A stretch of 63,565 nt of DNA, filler included, from Reticulomyxa filosa (lineage: Eukaryota > Protista > Foraminifera), in NCBI GenBank assembly GCA_000512085.1. It is 17 parts of 17 records of this genome, joined end to end, with 100 filler letters (N's around TTAATTAATTAA, not from the genome) between each part and the next. Parts side by side here need not be neighbours in the genome. Positions count along the whole stretch, not along the records: positions 4,730 to 26,734 come from ASPP01006716.1; positions 26,835 to 34,148 come from ASPP01050697.1; positions 34,249 to 38,160 come from ASPP01034339.1; positions 38,261 to 40,345 come from ASPP01026729.1; 13 more parts are not named here. One strand, 5' to 3'. Shown here in pieces: positions 25,661-38,551 of this stretch. How positions within the stretch are numbered: the stretch's first letter is position 1; each line of letters begins with the position of its first letter. The notes beneath the pieces are model-generated. The model made no database searches. It had not been told where the DNA came from and saw only the letters and a list, made by a program, of their open reading frames with translations. Both the position numbers and the translations under genes were made by a program.

Positions 25661-26734
25661 ATGTTGCGTCGAAATATCTTTTCCTGTTTCAAAAAGATAT
25701 CACCTGGAAATGAAATTAATTGGAGAAACTACAATAACTTGTACCTGAATCAAGTGAGGCCTCTGGCCAGTGGACTTGGAGTAAATGAAAAACGTCTGCG
25801 TGAAGAAATGAGCAGCGTGTGCAAAACGAATGAAATTCAATTTTTTGCAGATTATAAAAAATCAGAAGGAAATTGGATAGTAGATAGCGATGGAAATAGA
25901 TACTTGGATTGTTTTCAACAAATTGGATCTTTGCCACTGGGATACAATCATCCAAAGTTTAAAACCAAATAACGATTGTGTCGTAAATGCGCCAAAAGAG
26001 GCCTATGTTGTGTATTAAAACACATTACAAACAATAATAACAAATAACAACAATAATAGAATGCAAGAGGTATTCACCAATCCAGATAATATGCATTGGT
26101 TGGTAAACCGACCAGCACTTGGGAATTTGCCACCGATTGAGTTTCCAGAAAAAATCAAACAAACATTGATGTCAGTCGCACCAAAGGGTATGTGAAGATT
26201 AAATCCAAAAAAAAAAATGAGGACTCATTCTTCTCTCACCTTTTAATGAATGGTGTATATGTTTGATGAATCTTTGAGACAGGATTGGATCAGGTGCAAT
26301 TGATGATGTGTGGAACATGCAGTAATGAGAACGCATTGAAACATGCGATGATGTATCACCAACACATCGCACGCAAAGGCAAATCACCAAGCGACAAAGA
26401 CTTGTTGTCGTCTATGTGGCACCAAAGTCCTGGCACCCCTGATCATCTGTTGGTCATTGCCTTTGAAAAGGCTTTTCACGGCAGGACTTTCATGTCTTTG
26501 TCTTTGTCCCAATCAAAGGCCATTCACAAAGTCGACGTCCCTGCAATGACCGATACCGTGTTGCGATGTCCATTTCCCAACACTCACAATGACAAAGGCG
26601 AAGACGATAGGACTTTGGCTGGCATTGAACAAATGATTCGAATTGCAAAAGAAACAGGTTTGATTGCTCACTCACTTTTTTTTTTTTAAATTGTGCAAGA
26701 TGGCACACTGTGCAAGGACAGCAATTTTGTGTAT
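25661..26734 (+). CDS. ABAT: 4-aminobutyrate (GABA) aminotransferase, eukaryotic mitochondrial type; 3'-partial
   Basis: FFADYKKSEGNWIVDSDGNRYLDCFQQIGSLPLGYNHPK, VNRPALGNLPP, SVAPKGLDQVQLMMCGTCSNENA and AFHGRT...SKAIHKVDVP. The Arg-rich N-terminus is consistent with mitochondrial targeting. Confidence 0.92.
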
Positions 26735-26834
26735 NNNNNNNNNNNNNNNNNNNNNNNNNNNNNNNNNNNNNNNNNNNNTTAATTAATTAANNNNNNNNNN
26801 NNNNNNNNNNNNNNNNNNNNNNNNNNNNNNNNNN

Positions 26835-29800
26835 TTTTTTAAAATGAGAAATTCGGTATAATGTCGATCAGGACAAATATTTCAAGCATACGTATTGTAC
26901 AAACAATCAACATAATGAAATCACTTCAAATATGCTGAAAGTACATTGATTATACATTGGGAAACAAAAAATCAAAGTTGATTTGTTATTTGATAGAGAA
27001 TAATATATCTTTTTTTTCTTAAAGGATACAAGACAACTTTTTTTTCAATCTGACTATATCTTATCATAGATCATCTATTTCACAGTGATAATTTGAAAAA
27101 AAGGCAATCACGTAATGTTGGTATCTATCCAATATTTTTGATAATCTAGACTGTTGATAGTGTAAATGTTCAGCCAGAAACTTAAGTTTTGTGGCAGTTT
27201 CAGATTGGCTTTTATCAAAAATTGTCACACTTCCAACATTGTGAGTGATAAGCAACTATTGTAGTTTTGGCTTGTCTTTGTTCGAGTAGTTTGAATCGTG
27301 TGCGTATGTTCCACAACAAAAGTAAAAAAAAATGAACTACGCTACCCTTGTGTTTTTATTGATTGACAGACCATTTTTATTATTTTGATTTTTTTAAAAT
27401 ACAAAACAATGATAAATTAAACTGTATTTTTACATTGCACAATACAATTTCTTATGTACTACTGACGTTGAACAAAGAAAAACTTAAAACTTTACTCGAA
27501 ATCACAAGAAAGTGTCTTCATGTTCACTAACAAAAGTAAGCAAGGAACAAAATCTTTTAGATTGTCACAAAAAAAACATTACATTGGCAAAAAAAAAAAA
27601 TTGAACTACGCCCCTCTTGTAACACCATATTGTAACTTTTTTTTTTCAATCATGTTTTGTGGAATGACATTGCATACAAATAATTCAACAACTTTTGAAT
27701 CGTCAAATTACAAAAAGAAAAGAAAAATAATTTTTTTAAAAATATTGTTAAGAAAGGGTCAATTCCATTTTTTAATTTTTTTTATCTTTCATGTGAAGCC
27801 CGCTCTAGCAAATCGCAAGGAGTAAACCACTGTTGAAGGAAAAAAAGTGGAAGTTGCAAGAATTGTTACAAATGTAGAAAAAAAAACAACTAAAAAACGA
27901 CTGTTGTAACAATAACAACATATATGTTATGTTTTGGAACACTATAACATACACTTAATCAAGCCGAAATGATATATTGTCTTTTTTCACACTACCAAAT
28001 TGACTCAAATTCTTTTGTCTCTTTGGAATCAAGTTTTATATCGTTAATCTATTTCTTTTTTTCGAAGAAAGTGCTAAAATATGTAATATTGAATTTTTAT
28101 TATTACTCCATTTTTGATATATGGAGAAAACACAATATTTCATATGTGTGTTTATGACTGTGGCAATTCTTCCACTTCGCAAATATTATCAAAATTACTT
28201 GATTCCAAAAAAAGGTTTTATTTCCACTTTTTTTCCCATGCAATCCAACTTTCAACAATGAATTCTTTCCCTCTCGGTTTTATGACAAGCAACTATCACA
28301 TTACATTTGACCAGCAACACTTAAGTTGAAATTGGTGAATTTGATGGAATTGAGATTATTACAAAGATATTTCATTCAAATATAAGTGATATTTCATGAT
28401 CTCAATTTGTGATTCCCTTGGTTAATCTAATTATCAGTAGATAATATCTTACATTTTCGCCAACACAATTTCCAAACAATTGAGACTCATTTCGTTCTTT
28501 GCTTTTTCCAAACTCGACAGTGAAATTTTTATTTTTAAAACATTATTTCATCCAGAGACCTTGACAAAATAACAATTATGCATCTAATAGGACAATGTGG
28601 TCTAATATCAATACAAATTGAAAATATTTGTTAAGTGAGAAAACCAAGATATTTGGTTATATCAATTCAAGTGAGTTTTCTCAGTTACTATGCTTGATAA
28701 TTAATGTCTTCTAATCCATGAAATAACAATTTAAATTGTATATCCATATTATTTATTGTGAATATACTCAAAGAAGAAATCATAATAATGCTAGTAATGT
28801 ATTGTTTGATAACATTTAATTTATTTTTGTAAAGAACAGATAGTCATTCAATTGTCTGGTTATCTCAATGTACTATGCAGTTTTTTTTTATATATAATAC
28901 ATTTACACATTTCATATTGCGACATGAGCGCGATAGCAATGCATATTGTTTGCAATAAACCTCAGATTCGAAGAATATGGCTTATGTTGTAAACTCTCTT
29001 AGCAATCAATAAAACCATATCTAAAGAATCATGAGAGTGAATCACATACATTTTTTGTAAGATAGTTGTTTGTGTTGTCTCTTTCTCTCCAGCACCCTTT
29101 TCAATGATTAAATCATGTTTTATTATTTTTTTCTTAAAAAACACTGCAAGGCTGTAAAGCTAAATTATCACTGTTCAAGTATTATATTTATTGAATCAAT
29201 GAAAAATACGAAAAAAACAGAAAAGTGCTCAAAAAAGGGAATGGTTCCATTTTTTTTATTTTTTTTTTCTGAATGTATTGCTTTGTCAATAAGCACAAAA
29301 GAGCCTGAGTTGAATTGTGCTAGTTAATGAATCTAACTTCAGCAGTCGTCTTTTCTCATGTGTGGCTTTTCTTCTGTTGCTATGAGAATTTAGTTAAGTC
29401 TTTAGTCTTCATTTATAATTTATAATGAAAACCAAGCAATGACACAAGACTGATATTCGTGTGTTCTTGCAATAATCTCGAATTATAGAAAGCACATACA
29501 ATAAATGCACAATAGATTTTTTCAGAATATAATATAAATTACATATGATCATATGATATGTCATTACTTTTACTATTTACAAGCTATGTGCGTGCAAGTA
29601 CCAAATAAGGAGTGCATTAAGCAAACGTACCCAAAAAATAAAAAAATTTGTTTAATGATGGACTGTCTATGTTATGATTCATTGAATCATGAAATGCAAA
29701 AAAACAGAAAAAAATGGAATTGATTTATATCAGACTTTTTCGTGTCATTTTGACAGCATGTGTAAATTCAATTAGTGTAATGTATTTGAATCAATTTTTC

Positions 29801-32800
29801 AGGTCACAAATTAAATTTAAAAGACTGAAAGAAAAATAGATAGAATAAAACAATGCTCAAACCCTTTTTCAACAGTTTGCATTTGTCATCAATGATCAAA
29901 AAGAATTTTGTACATACGCAAGACGTTTGGGATTTACATTATGAATGAAATCGAGCAAATCATTTTTGGCAAATATGCACAAGACACTTTCATGCAGTGG
30001 CTGTGCAGGCATATATTAAAAAAAGAGCTCTGGTGATAATTTTCACGACACAGCAAAATGATTTTTTGGTTTTCATAATCTTTTGGAAATAATCGAGAGG
30101 TTGTGAGAAACTTGTAAAAGTTATGCCATCAAAGTCATTGCAATAAGATCCCTCAAAATACTTTAAGTAACCGCGACAGCGTTGTTGACTGAATCAAATG
30201 ATCAAGCTAAAACTGTTGAAAAGCAGCAACGTTTTTCGTTTACAGAACAACAACCGAAGTTCCTTTTTGTAATTTGGACAAAAAATTGTCAACAAACCAA
30301 AAAGGACTATTATTCAATTCGAAGACAGCACATTTTTTTTCCCACAAACATTCAAGAATATTCTTTTTTTTTTTAAATCGTGGATCATTTTTTATTTTTT
30401 TTGAACCAGTTTTTAAAAATGATCCAGTTTATTCAAAAATATTTTTTTAATCAAATATTCAATACTTAAGTCAGTTATTATATTATTTATTTGTTTTGTC
30501 AAATTCAAAATATAAAAAAATGAATTAAATCAACAAGTGATAAGAGTGAACTTAGTTCCAGTTTTTTAATTTTTTTTCCTGTCATGGAGCTGTAAAGCAA
30601 AGTAAAGCAAGTGGCAATGAAGTAAATGTTCAAAACATTTAGAAGTAGGAGCAATTACAAAAGCATCTGCATTGTTTTTGTCAAGTTTGGTCTTGGTTGT
30701 TTAAGAAAAACGTGATTTTTTTCAAATAAGAGAAGTTCTATTGTACTTGTTGCAATATCTAGGTTTATCCTTTTGTAGGATTGGATTTTATTTTCTCAAA
30801 AAAAAAAAAGCACAACGTGGTATGAAAAAGTATATTGATTGTACATTGAAAACAAAAATTCAATAGATGACAAGCTGATTGGTTTGTTTCAAATTTATTT
30901 GGGTTATAAAAATAATTAATTTTGCGATGGAGAAGAATAAGAAATTACATCTCTTTTTTTCTTTGAGGAACATTTTTTTCAATATGATTATATCTAATCA
31001 TGGCTCCTCCATTGCACAGTGACAATTTGAAAAAAAAGTAATCACGGAACGCTGATGTCTATCTAATATCTTTGATAGAGTTACATAAGGACTAGATTAT
31101 TGCTGTGGAACACGCGTGCACACGACTCAAACTGCTCAGACAAAGAGCGCTTGTCCACTCACAATGTTTGAAAATGCGACAATTTCTGAGCAAAGCTAAT
31201 CGAAACTGCCTCAAAACTTAACTTTCTGTTCACAGTAAAAAAAAAACTGCTCATAACTTCAATATTTCATTGATTGATCTCTTTTTCGCATACACAACTC
31301 TAAACATTGGATTTGCTTTCATCAACAATCAATGAATTTACAAATTACCACTCTCTTATATCCCTTTTTTTGTATACATATTTGCCAACCGAAAGCTTTG
31401 AAGATGCGAATCTCTTGAATCTTTTTTTATGATAAAAATAAACGTACATTCGCTTTTTTAAAAAGAGACAAGTTGTGGTATTGAGAAATAAGAAAAAAAT
31501 CACTGAAATCGAAGACACACAACAGGACAATAAAAGCGCTTAAACTTTACTGATTATAAGAATGCAGATGTAGAAACGAATTTGGCTGAGGAAGAGTTTT
31601 GCATAGGTAAAAATATTACACAAAAAGAGATCACATAAGTTTCGAATATCTTCAATGCCTGTTGAGCGCACATACAATCCTTGTTTGGTGCTCACCTTGT
31701 AGAATTTAGCTAGCCTTTGGAGTTGAAAGTTGGATTTACTCATTTGTTTATTGTTTTTTTTTGGTATTTATCAAACGTGCTTTTAATTCAGTCTGCAAGT
31801 TTGCAGCTTTTTGCAATAACATTATTGAAATTTCCTTTTTTCTAACATTGCAAAATTGATTTATTTGATTAAGATAGTCACAGTCAAATTGTAAATTATG
31901 CATTCGCTTCTTTATTCGTTAAGATTTTTTTCTTCTTTAGTAACGCAAATATTTAACTCTTAAACAGTCTGTCAAAGAAAGAAAAAACAGCTCTGTGAAA
32001 GAAGTTACACCAATACAAAACAAAGATAGTAAGTTAGATTCATTAACTGGGCGATAATTCAACTTGTACTTGTTAGCAAACAAGGCATTACAGAAAAAAA
32101 AAAAAAAATGGAACCAACCCCTTTTTTGAGCGTCCTTTTACGTTGTCGATTTTATCTTCAAATCTTTCAACAGAATTTTGGTGTTCTTCATTGGAATTGA
32201 AGATTATTCTTTGAAAGAGCTTTTTTTTTTTGTGAACGTGTTCAACAGGAACAATAACAAAGAATTTTTGATAATATAAATACTCATATGCGATTTTGTT
32301 CATTTTTTAAATATTGTTGATCATTTTTTATTTTTTTGAACCTGTTTTTAAAAATAAACCACTTTTATTAACATAAATAAGAAATTAGTTTTAAATTAAA
32401 TATAGATGAAGTAAACTAGTTATTGCGTTATTGAATTAATTTTTTCTTGTTATGAAACTAGAGAATGCTTATCTTTGGTATTTTTTTAAATTTTATTTTA
32501 ATTATAATAAGGAAAATTAAGAAGAAAAACTACAAAAAAAAGTTCTATTTTAACACAAACTTAAATAAATAGTAAATACTTGCTTATTTATTTTTATGAT
32601 ATAAAAAAATAATCATTAAAAGTATATTGAAGGATAATATCAATCCATTATTCTACAATACTTCCAGTAATCTTTTTTTTGACAAGCATTAAAAATAGAA
32701 CAAGATTATGATTTGATGTGTTCATCAATTACAATGGTCTTAGACTAAATCTTTGATTTATGTCTGCGTTTTTGGAAGTGAAGAAGAGAAAGGACTAACT

Positions 32801-33400
32801 TTAGTTTGATTTAAGAAATGAATAAATAAAGAGATATCCTTTTTTTAAAAATACAAACATAAAATTATGATGAGTTGAAGAGTTTCTTAAAAAGGGCCTG
32901 ATTCCAGATTTTTTATTTTTTTATGTATCATCGTTCGCTTATGTACTTGTTTTCAAAGTTTAAAAGAATAATCTTTTCTTTCTAGGATTGCTGAAGAAAT
33001 TTTCTGCACAAATGTAGTTTCTAGTGTCCAAAGAGACTGTCACGAGTTTTTCTTTCAATGAAAAAATATTACATTTATTTTGATATTTCTTTTTCACTAC
33101 ATACAAACATGTACATATGTGACAAATCACATTCAATCTCAAAATTTTCATTAAAATATGTAAAGAAACGAAAAGCAGAAACGAAATTTTCCAACAAAGC
33201 AAAAAATATTTTTTAAAAGAGGGAACTTGTAGATGGACAAAGTGAAAAATGTGAAATTGTTACGAAAATTTTTGTTATTCTTTAAGCAATGCAAAGAGAA
33301 TATAAAATTACTACATGTTAAATCTCAAAAAAAAAGAAATACAGACTTTTTTCACTTGGGAAAATATATAACCCCCAAGCTTTGCTAAACAGCAAATTAC
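26835..33400. repeat. Gene-poor AT-rich stretch built from diverged, rearranged copies of dispersed repeats and pseudogene debris
   Basis: 27064-27143 ~ 30997-31077 (direct); 27175-27318 ~ 31100-31228 (inverted); ~29225-29340 ~ 32031-32135 (inverted); ~30370-30590 ~ 32305-32460 (direct). No long ORF. Confidence 0.65.
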
Positions 33401-33464
33401 CAGCTGATTAAAAAATATTATATTTTGAAGATCAATTTGTTCAAGTGAACAAATACAATCAACA

Positions 33465-33745
33465 ATGAAAACAAAGATACGAAAGAGTAAGAAGTATGAA
33501 GCGTTTGAAGCCAGTTTAAGTTTATACTATGAAAAGCTACGCCAAAAGGTAATATGTGAAAACTTTAAAATGAAAAAAATATAAATACCTCGTCTATGTG
33601 TTTTTTTTTCCTCTCTCTCTCTTTCTCAAATGTAAATTTGGATGGACGCAGTCTGAAACGGATGCAAATCGAGTGTTGAATGAAATTCGTCAAACGATTT
33701 TATTGGAAGGAGTGCCAGAGGACGACATAATTACTGACGTTGAGT
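33465..33745 (+). CDS. 5' exons of a possible Bub2/Cdc16-like TBC-domain GAP
   Basis: ATG 33465 and intron 33549-33651 give ...SETDANRVLNEIRQTILLEGVPEDD, resembling the Bub2 N-terminal L..LR.LIL.EGLP motif. The rest is lost in low-complexity sequence and the gap. Confidence 0.35.
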
Positions 33746-34114
33746 GTTTTCTTTTTGGAGCGTTTGCTTGCACGAGCAAATAACAATAACAACAACAACA
33801 ACAACAACAACAATAACTGTATAAAGCTGAGGAAAGTTAGAAATTCTCGGGGGCCCACCAATCCGAGAAAAAAGAAAAACTCGCTCGCAAAATCGCCCGG
33901 GGATGAAGTGAAAAGGGACGAAAAGAAGACACAGACGCAAAACAAAGCGGCAGAGCGAGAAGAAGAAAACAAAAAAAAGATAGAAATAATGGAAAATGGG
34001 CAAACACAAAAAACAAATAGTGGAAATGATGGGAATGCAAAGAAGCCAGTTACAAATCCGATGAATGGAATGGCGACTATTGGAATCAATGAATTGAGAA
34101 TAAATACACAATCA

Positions 34115-34148
<34 letters not shown>

Positions 34149-34248
34149 NNNNNNNNNNNNNNNNNNNNNNNNNNNNNNNNNNNNNNNNNNNNTTAATTAA
34201 TTAANNNNNNNNNNNNNNNNNNNNNNNNNNNNNNNNNNNNNNNNNNNN

Positions 34249-34314
34249 AATTCAATTCAATTCAATTCCATTTTATTATTCTATAATTCACAAACCCTAT
34301 TATACAAGTTCAAA
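34249..34314 (-). mobile_element. Probable 3' tail of a non-LTR retroelement (AATAAA followed by (TTGAA)n)
   Basis: The minus strand reads ...GAATAATAAAATGGAATTGAATTGAATTGAATT, a polyadenylation-like signal followed by a 5-bp microsatellite tail as in CR1/L2-type LINE ends. Confidence 0.4.
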
Positions 34315-34316
34315 TA

Positions 34317-35610
34317 CAGTTGCGGTCAAAAGTGTTCAGATATTTTGAATTTTCTAAAGTTTTTTTACTTAAATGCAAATATAATTTTTTGAAAATTTAT
34401 ATTAGTTTTATTTTACATTTATACTCTAGAAATATTTAATTTTTTGATTTTTCATACTTCCTTTTTTTTTTCTTCAGTTCTAAAACCCGATCAGACATAC
34501 TTCTACTGATATTTTTTACTATTACTCTTGAACAATCTCCAACAAGCTTTAGATTGATGTCGAGTGATTTTTATAATTTTTAATATTCCACAAATATTCC
34601 ATCAGATTCATATCTGGATACTGTGAAAGCCACTGAAGAACATTAATATTATTTTTTGCAATATTGTTTTTGGTCATTGTTATGTTGAAAAATGATATCA
34701 TACCATTCTAATGTTTTCATTAGTTAATCCACTAGAATTGTTTGATACAATGCAGCGTCTAGAGTATTATCGATTTTACATAAAAAAAAACAGACTCCAT
34801 ACAAATTCATAAAGCCCCATATCATGAAAGATTTTCCACCATGCTTTATTGTTGGAATTACATGACTATCTTGAATTGGTTATAAATACTGATAGGTCAT
34901 TTGAATCAAAAACACTTATCTTACTTTCGTCTGATCACACTAACTTCTTCCATTCTTCAATTGTCTAATTTTTATAATTGATAGCAAATATTAAACATTT
35001 TTGACGATGTATTTTCTTAAGATCTTCCACGAAATCCAGCAAGATAAAGAGTTCTTTTACAAGTTGAAACAGATATAATAATCATTTTCAATTTATTTCT
35101 TTATTCTAGTGGCAGTAGAACATTTGCCAGATACTAGTAAATGTATCAACTTTCTTTCAAATATAATGTCCATTTTTTTTGGGATGTACATTTTGTGTTT
35201 TTGGAATGTTCGCATTATCTCGAATTAATGTTTTTCTTTTAATTTGGTTTATTTTCCCAATAATAATTCAAGTTTATTGATTTATCTTTCGATAAGACAA
35301 TCCTTTTTTCAATAAAATTTCTACAATCTTAATTTTTCTGGATATCAATTGATTTCATACTAATTTTTTCTTATTTGTTATTTAAGTTAAAAATAAATAT
35401 TTTAGTTTAATTGATTTTTATCAGATGAAAATAATCAAAAAGTAAAAGTATATTTACGTAGTTGATAATTTTGAAAATGAAATATATTTCTAGAGTATAA
35501 ATGTAAGATATAACTCATATAAATTTTCAGAAAATTATCTTTTTTCATTATAGAGATTATTTGCATTTAAGTAAAAAAAAAAAAACGAATAAAAATTCGC
35601 AACATCTGAA
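34317..35610 (-). mobile_element. Degenerate Tc1/mariner DNA transposon with ~110-120 bp terminal inverted repeats
   Basis: TA at 34315-34316 is followed by CAGTTGCGGTCAAAAGT. TIR 34317-~34437 is mirrored at ~35481-35610, with the outer end eroded. Minus-strand transposase remnants: EWKKLV*SDESK, PTIKHGGKSFMIWG, IFQHNNDQK, VLQWLSQYPDMNLMEYLW. Confidence 0.85.
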
Positions 35611-36079
35611 AGGAGCTGTTGGATCCCCCTCTTTGTCACTTCTTTAGTTATTTCCTTTCATTGTGTTTCAATTATTTTTGTTAATTTACTTTCTTTAATT
35701 TTCCTTTCATATTACACTTAGGTCTCATCACTATTCCTACAACAATATAATAATATTACTTAAACTATTAAATAATTTATTTGACACCTAAAATATCAAC
35801 TTATAGAGATTATTGTATTTCTTTAAAAATTTTTTTAAAAAAAAAAAAAAATCTATGAATCGTGTAGTTTTTTAAATATCATTTTGGTTTTTTTAATTAT
35901 ATATGGAAAAAACAATATTTAATTAAAATTTTAAAATATCCACGAATCTTGTAGTTTTTTATTATATAATTTTTGTGGTTGCCTGATTATAATAAGATTT
36001 GTTTAATTCAAGTTTACCAAATGTTTATTTCTATTTTTTATAATTATCAAAGTTCTTCTACTTTTTTGTGAATCATTGT

Positions 36080-36766
36080 CTTTACTATCTAACAAAGATT
36101 TTCAATTTGTATTTAAATCAGTTGAATTTGGAGAAAAATTCATTGTTTTTATTTTAACTATTTTATAATTTTTTCATATTTATGTCATGTTGCATTATCT
36201 TGATGGAAAATCCAATCTTCTTTATTTTCTAATCAGCAATTGACTATCTTTAGCATTTCGTCATATATAAAATTTCTTTATATATACATATATATATACA
36301 TATATCAGTATTTATTCCACAACATAACCAGAATGAAATTTTCATATAATTGTCTTTTACATATATATATATCTTATACTATCACTTTCATTTAAAATAA
36401 TACTTTTTTCATATGAAAATAAAACCTTTTTCAAGTATTCAAACATCCATCTTTTGTGCTATAACGTAAATTCATATAATTGTTAGCAATAATTTTTTTT
36501 TTTCTTTTTGTAATAGTATTTAGTCCACTTTGCTTTAACATATTTGTAATTGTTGGACGTGAAATATGAACAAAATTTCTTATTTATATTTTTATTATAA
36601 CATATCTTGATGTAAAATGCTTAAAATATTTTTTAAAAGTTTAAAATAATTCATTAACAAATTCATGATTAACTTTAAATTTTTTGGCCATTTTATGATA
36701 GCTTGAGCCATTTCGTACCATTTCGACAACACGACCTTTCACAAAATCATCGACATATTTTACCAT
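36080..36766 (-). mobile_element. Second degenerate Tc1/mariner-type transposase remnant
   Basis: ATG at 36766 gives MVKYVDDFVKGRVVEMVRNGSSYHKMAKKFKV (HTH-like). Further on: HISRPTITNMLKQSGL, FHQDNAT*H (~36185-36208) and FSPNSTDLN/IENL (~36095-36140), matching the QDNA..H and P.SPDLNPIEN motifs. Confidence 0.7.
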
Positions 36767-38273
36767 TTTAACAAAAATAGAAAAATTTCAATCAATATTT
36801 CAGTAACAAAATAATCAAAATGACAAAAATCAATATTGAATACAAAAATTGTTTAAAAAAAGATTATCAAATTTTATGACTACTAGAAAAACATGATTAT
36901 TAACTTTTTTTAAGAAATTTTACCAAATCAAATGAAAGATTAAAATTTTTGAAAAAATAATATTTAAAAACTATACAATTTATTTTTTCATATAAAACCA
37001 CAATTATCTATATAATATCAACTTTCTTTTTTATTCTAGATATTGTTTATATTTATATACATATAAAATAAAAGTGTATTGTTATTTTTTTTCACATTCA
37101 ATGGAAAATCGATACAATACATGAAATGAAATTATTACATTTGAATGTTACAATACAATTTGTGTGATACATTTCACAAATTATCTGTTTCAACATTTTT
37201 TATCGATCATGATTAAAAAAAATTTTATTAAAACTTATTCTGATAGTAAATTCAATATTTTTTTTGTAAGTATTTCTGAAATAATTATGATGGGATCTAT
37301 CATTGTTTGATTATGACAGTGAGTTACAAAATAGAATGTAATTTGAATTATCAAATTCTGATGTAATATTTTAATGTTATAACATAAATCTAATTCAACT
37401 AAAGAATGATATTAATATACTGATATATATGAATTAAATGGAATAAAAAAATAATTTTGTATATACATATGTTATACTATATTATTCAATTTTTTTTATT
37501 AAAAGAATCTTTTATCATTTGGTGGCCATAAATGCGTTTATTGCATTGAAGTACATTTAATCTAATATAACATTTGATAATCAATTAAATATTATTAATT
37601 GCCACTTTTTGTATAGACTTTCTATCCAAAAAGATATTCCATTTGTAGATAAAAGATTTTAATAAAGATATAAAAGTCAAATAGTATATTTTTAATTATA
37701 AAAATGAAAAAGAAAAAATATAAGAATGATATTATTTCATCGTAGATCTAAAGGATCTGATAAGTTCACAGTATGTTTAACTCATTTTTATTTTATTGGA
37801 AATTGTTGTTGTATTATTACAACATAAATATTTTACAACTTAATATATTTAATTATTGATTTCTCATTTTATTTTATTTATAATAACTTTAAACATTTCA
37901 TTAATATCTTTGAAAAATATGTATTTATAGTAACTTCAAATATTTCATTTTTTTTTTTTCACTTTCTGTTTACTTACTTCTTCAAAAACAATGACATCGA
38001 TTCTACGACATCAATTGCATCAAATGGTAGATCTTGCTGACAATGAGAGAGTGTTAAAGGCTTGTTTATCACGTTTTGATGTAGCAAGATATATCTTGCA
38101 TTCTTTTATTGATTATACATGCGAAAATGCAGCATATGATAGGTTATTTTAATATATATANNNNNNNNNNNNNNNNNNNNNNNNNNNNNNNNNNNNNNNN
38201 NNNNTTAATTAATTAANNNNNNNNNNNNNNNNNNNNNNNNNNNNNNNNNNNNNNNNNNNNAAAAAAAAAAGGG

Positions 38274-38306
<33 letters not shown>

Positions 38307-38322
38307 AATTAGTTATCGTAAC

Positions 38323-38513
38323 TTCCTTCTCAGTTACATGCAAATTGAAGTTGATCATAAACAGAAATTCAATTTCCAATGAGTTCATTTCTTACACAAT
38401 ATACACATATACATGTACGTATACATATATACATATATTAATAAAGGAAAAAGTGTGAGAAAAAAAAAGAAGAAAAATTTGTCTGACAAACAAAAGGGAT
38501 GAAATATACACAT

Positions 38514-38551
<38 letters not shown>

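Noticed and set aside
28350-28720. Possible RING/TRAF zinc-finger pseudogene remnant on the minus strand
   Set aside because: Only a few suggestive residues (ENSLELI, PHCPI) survive among many stops; too weak to call.
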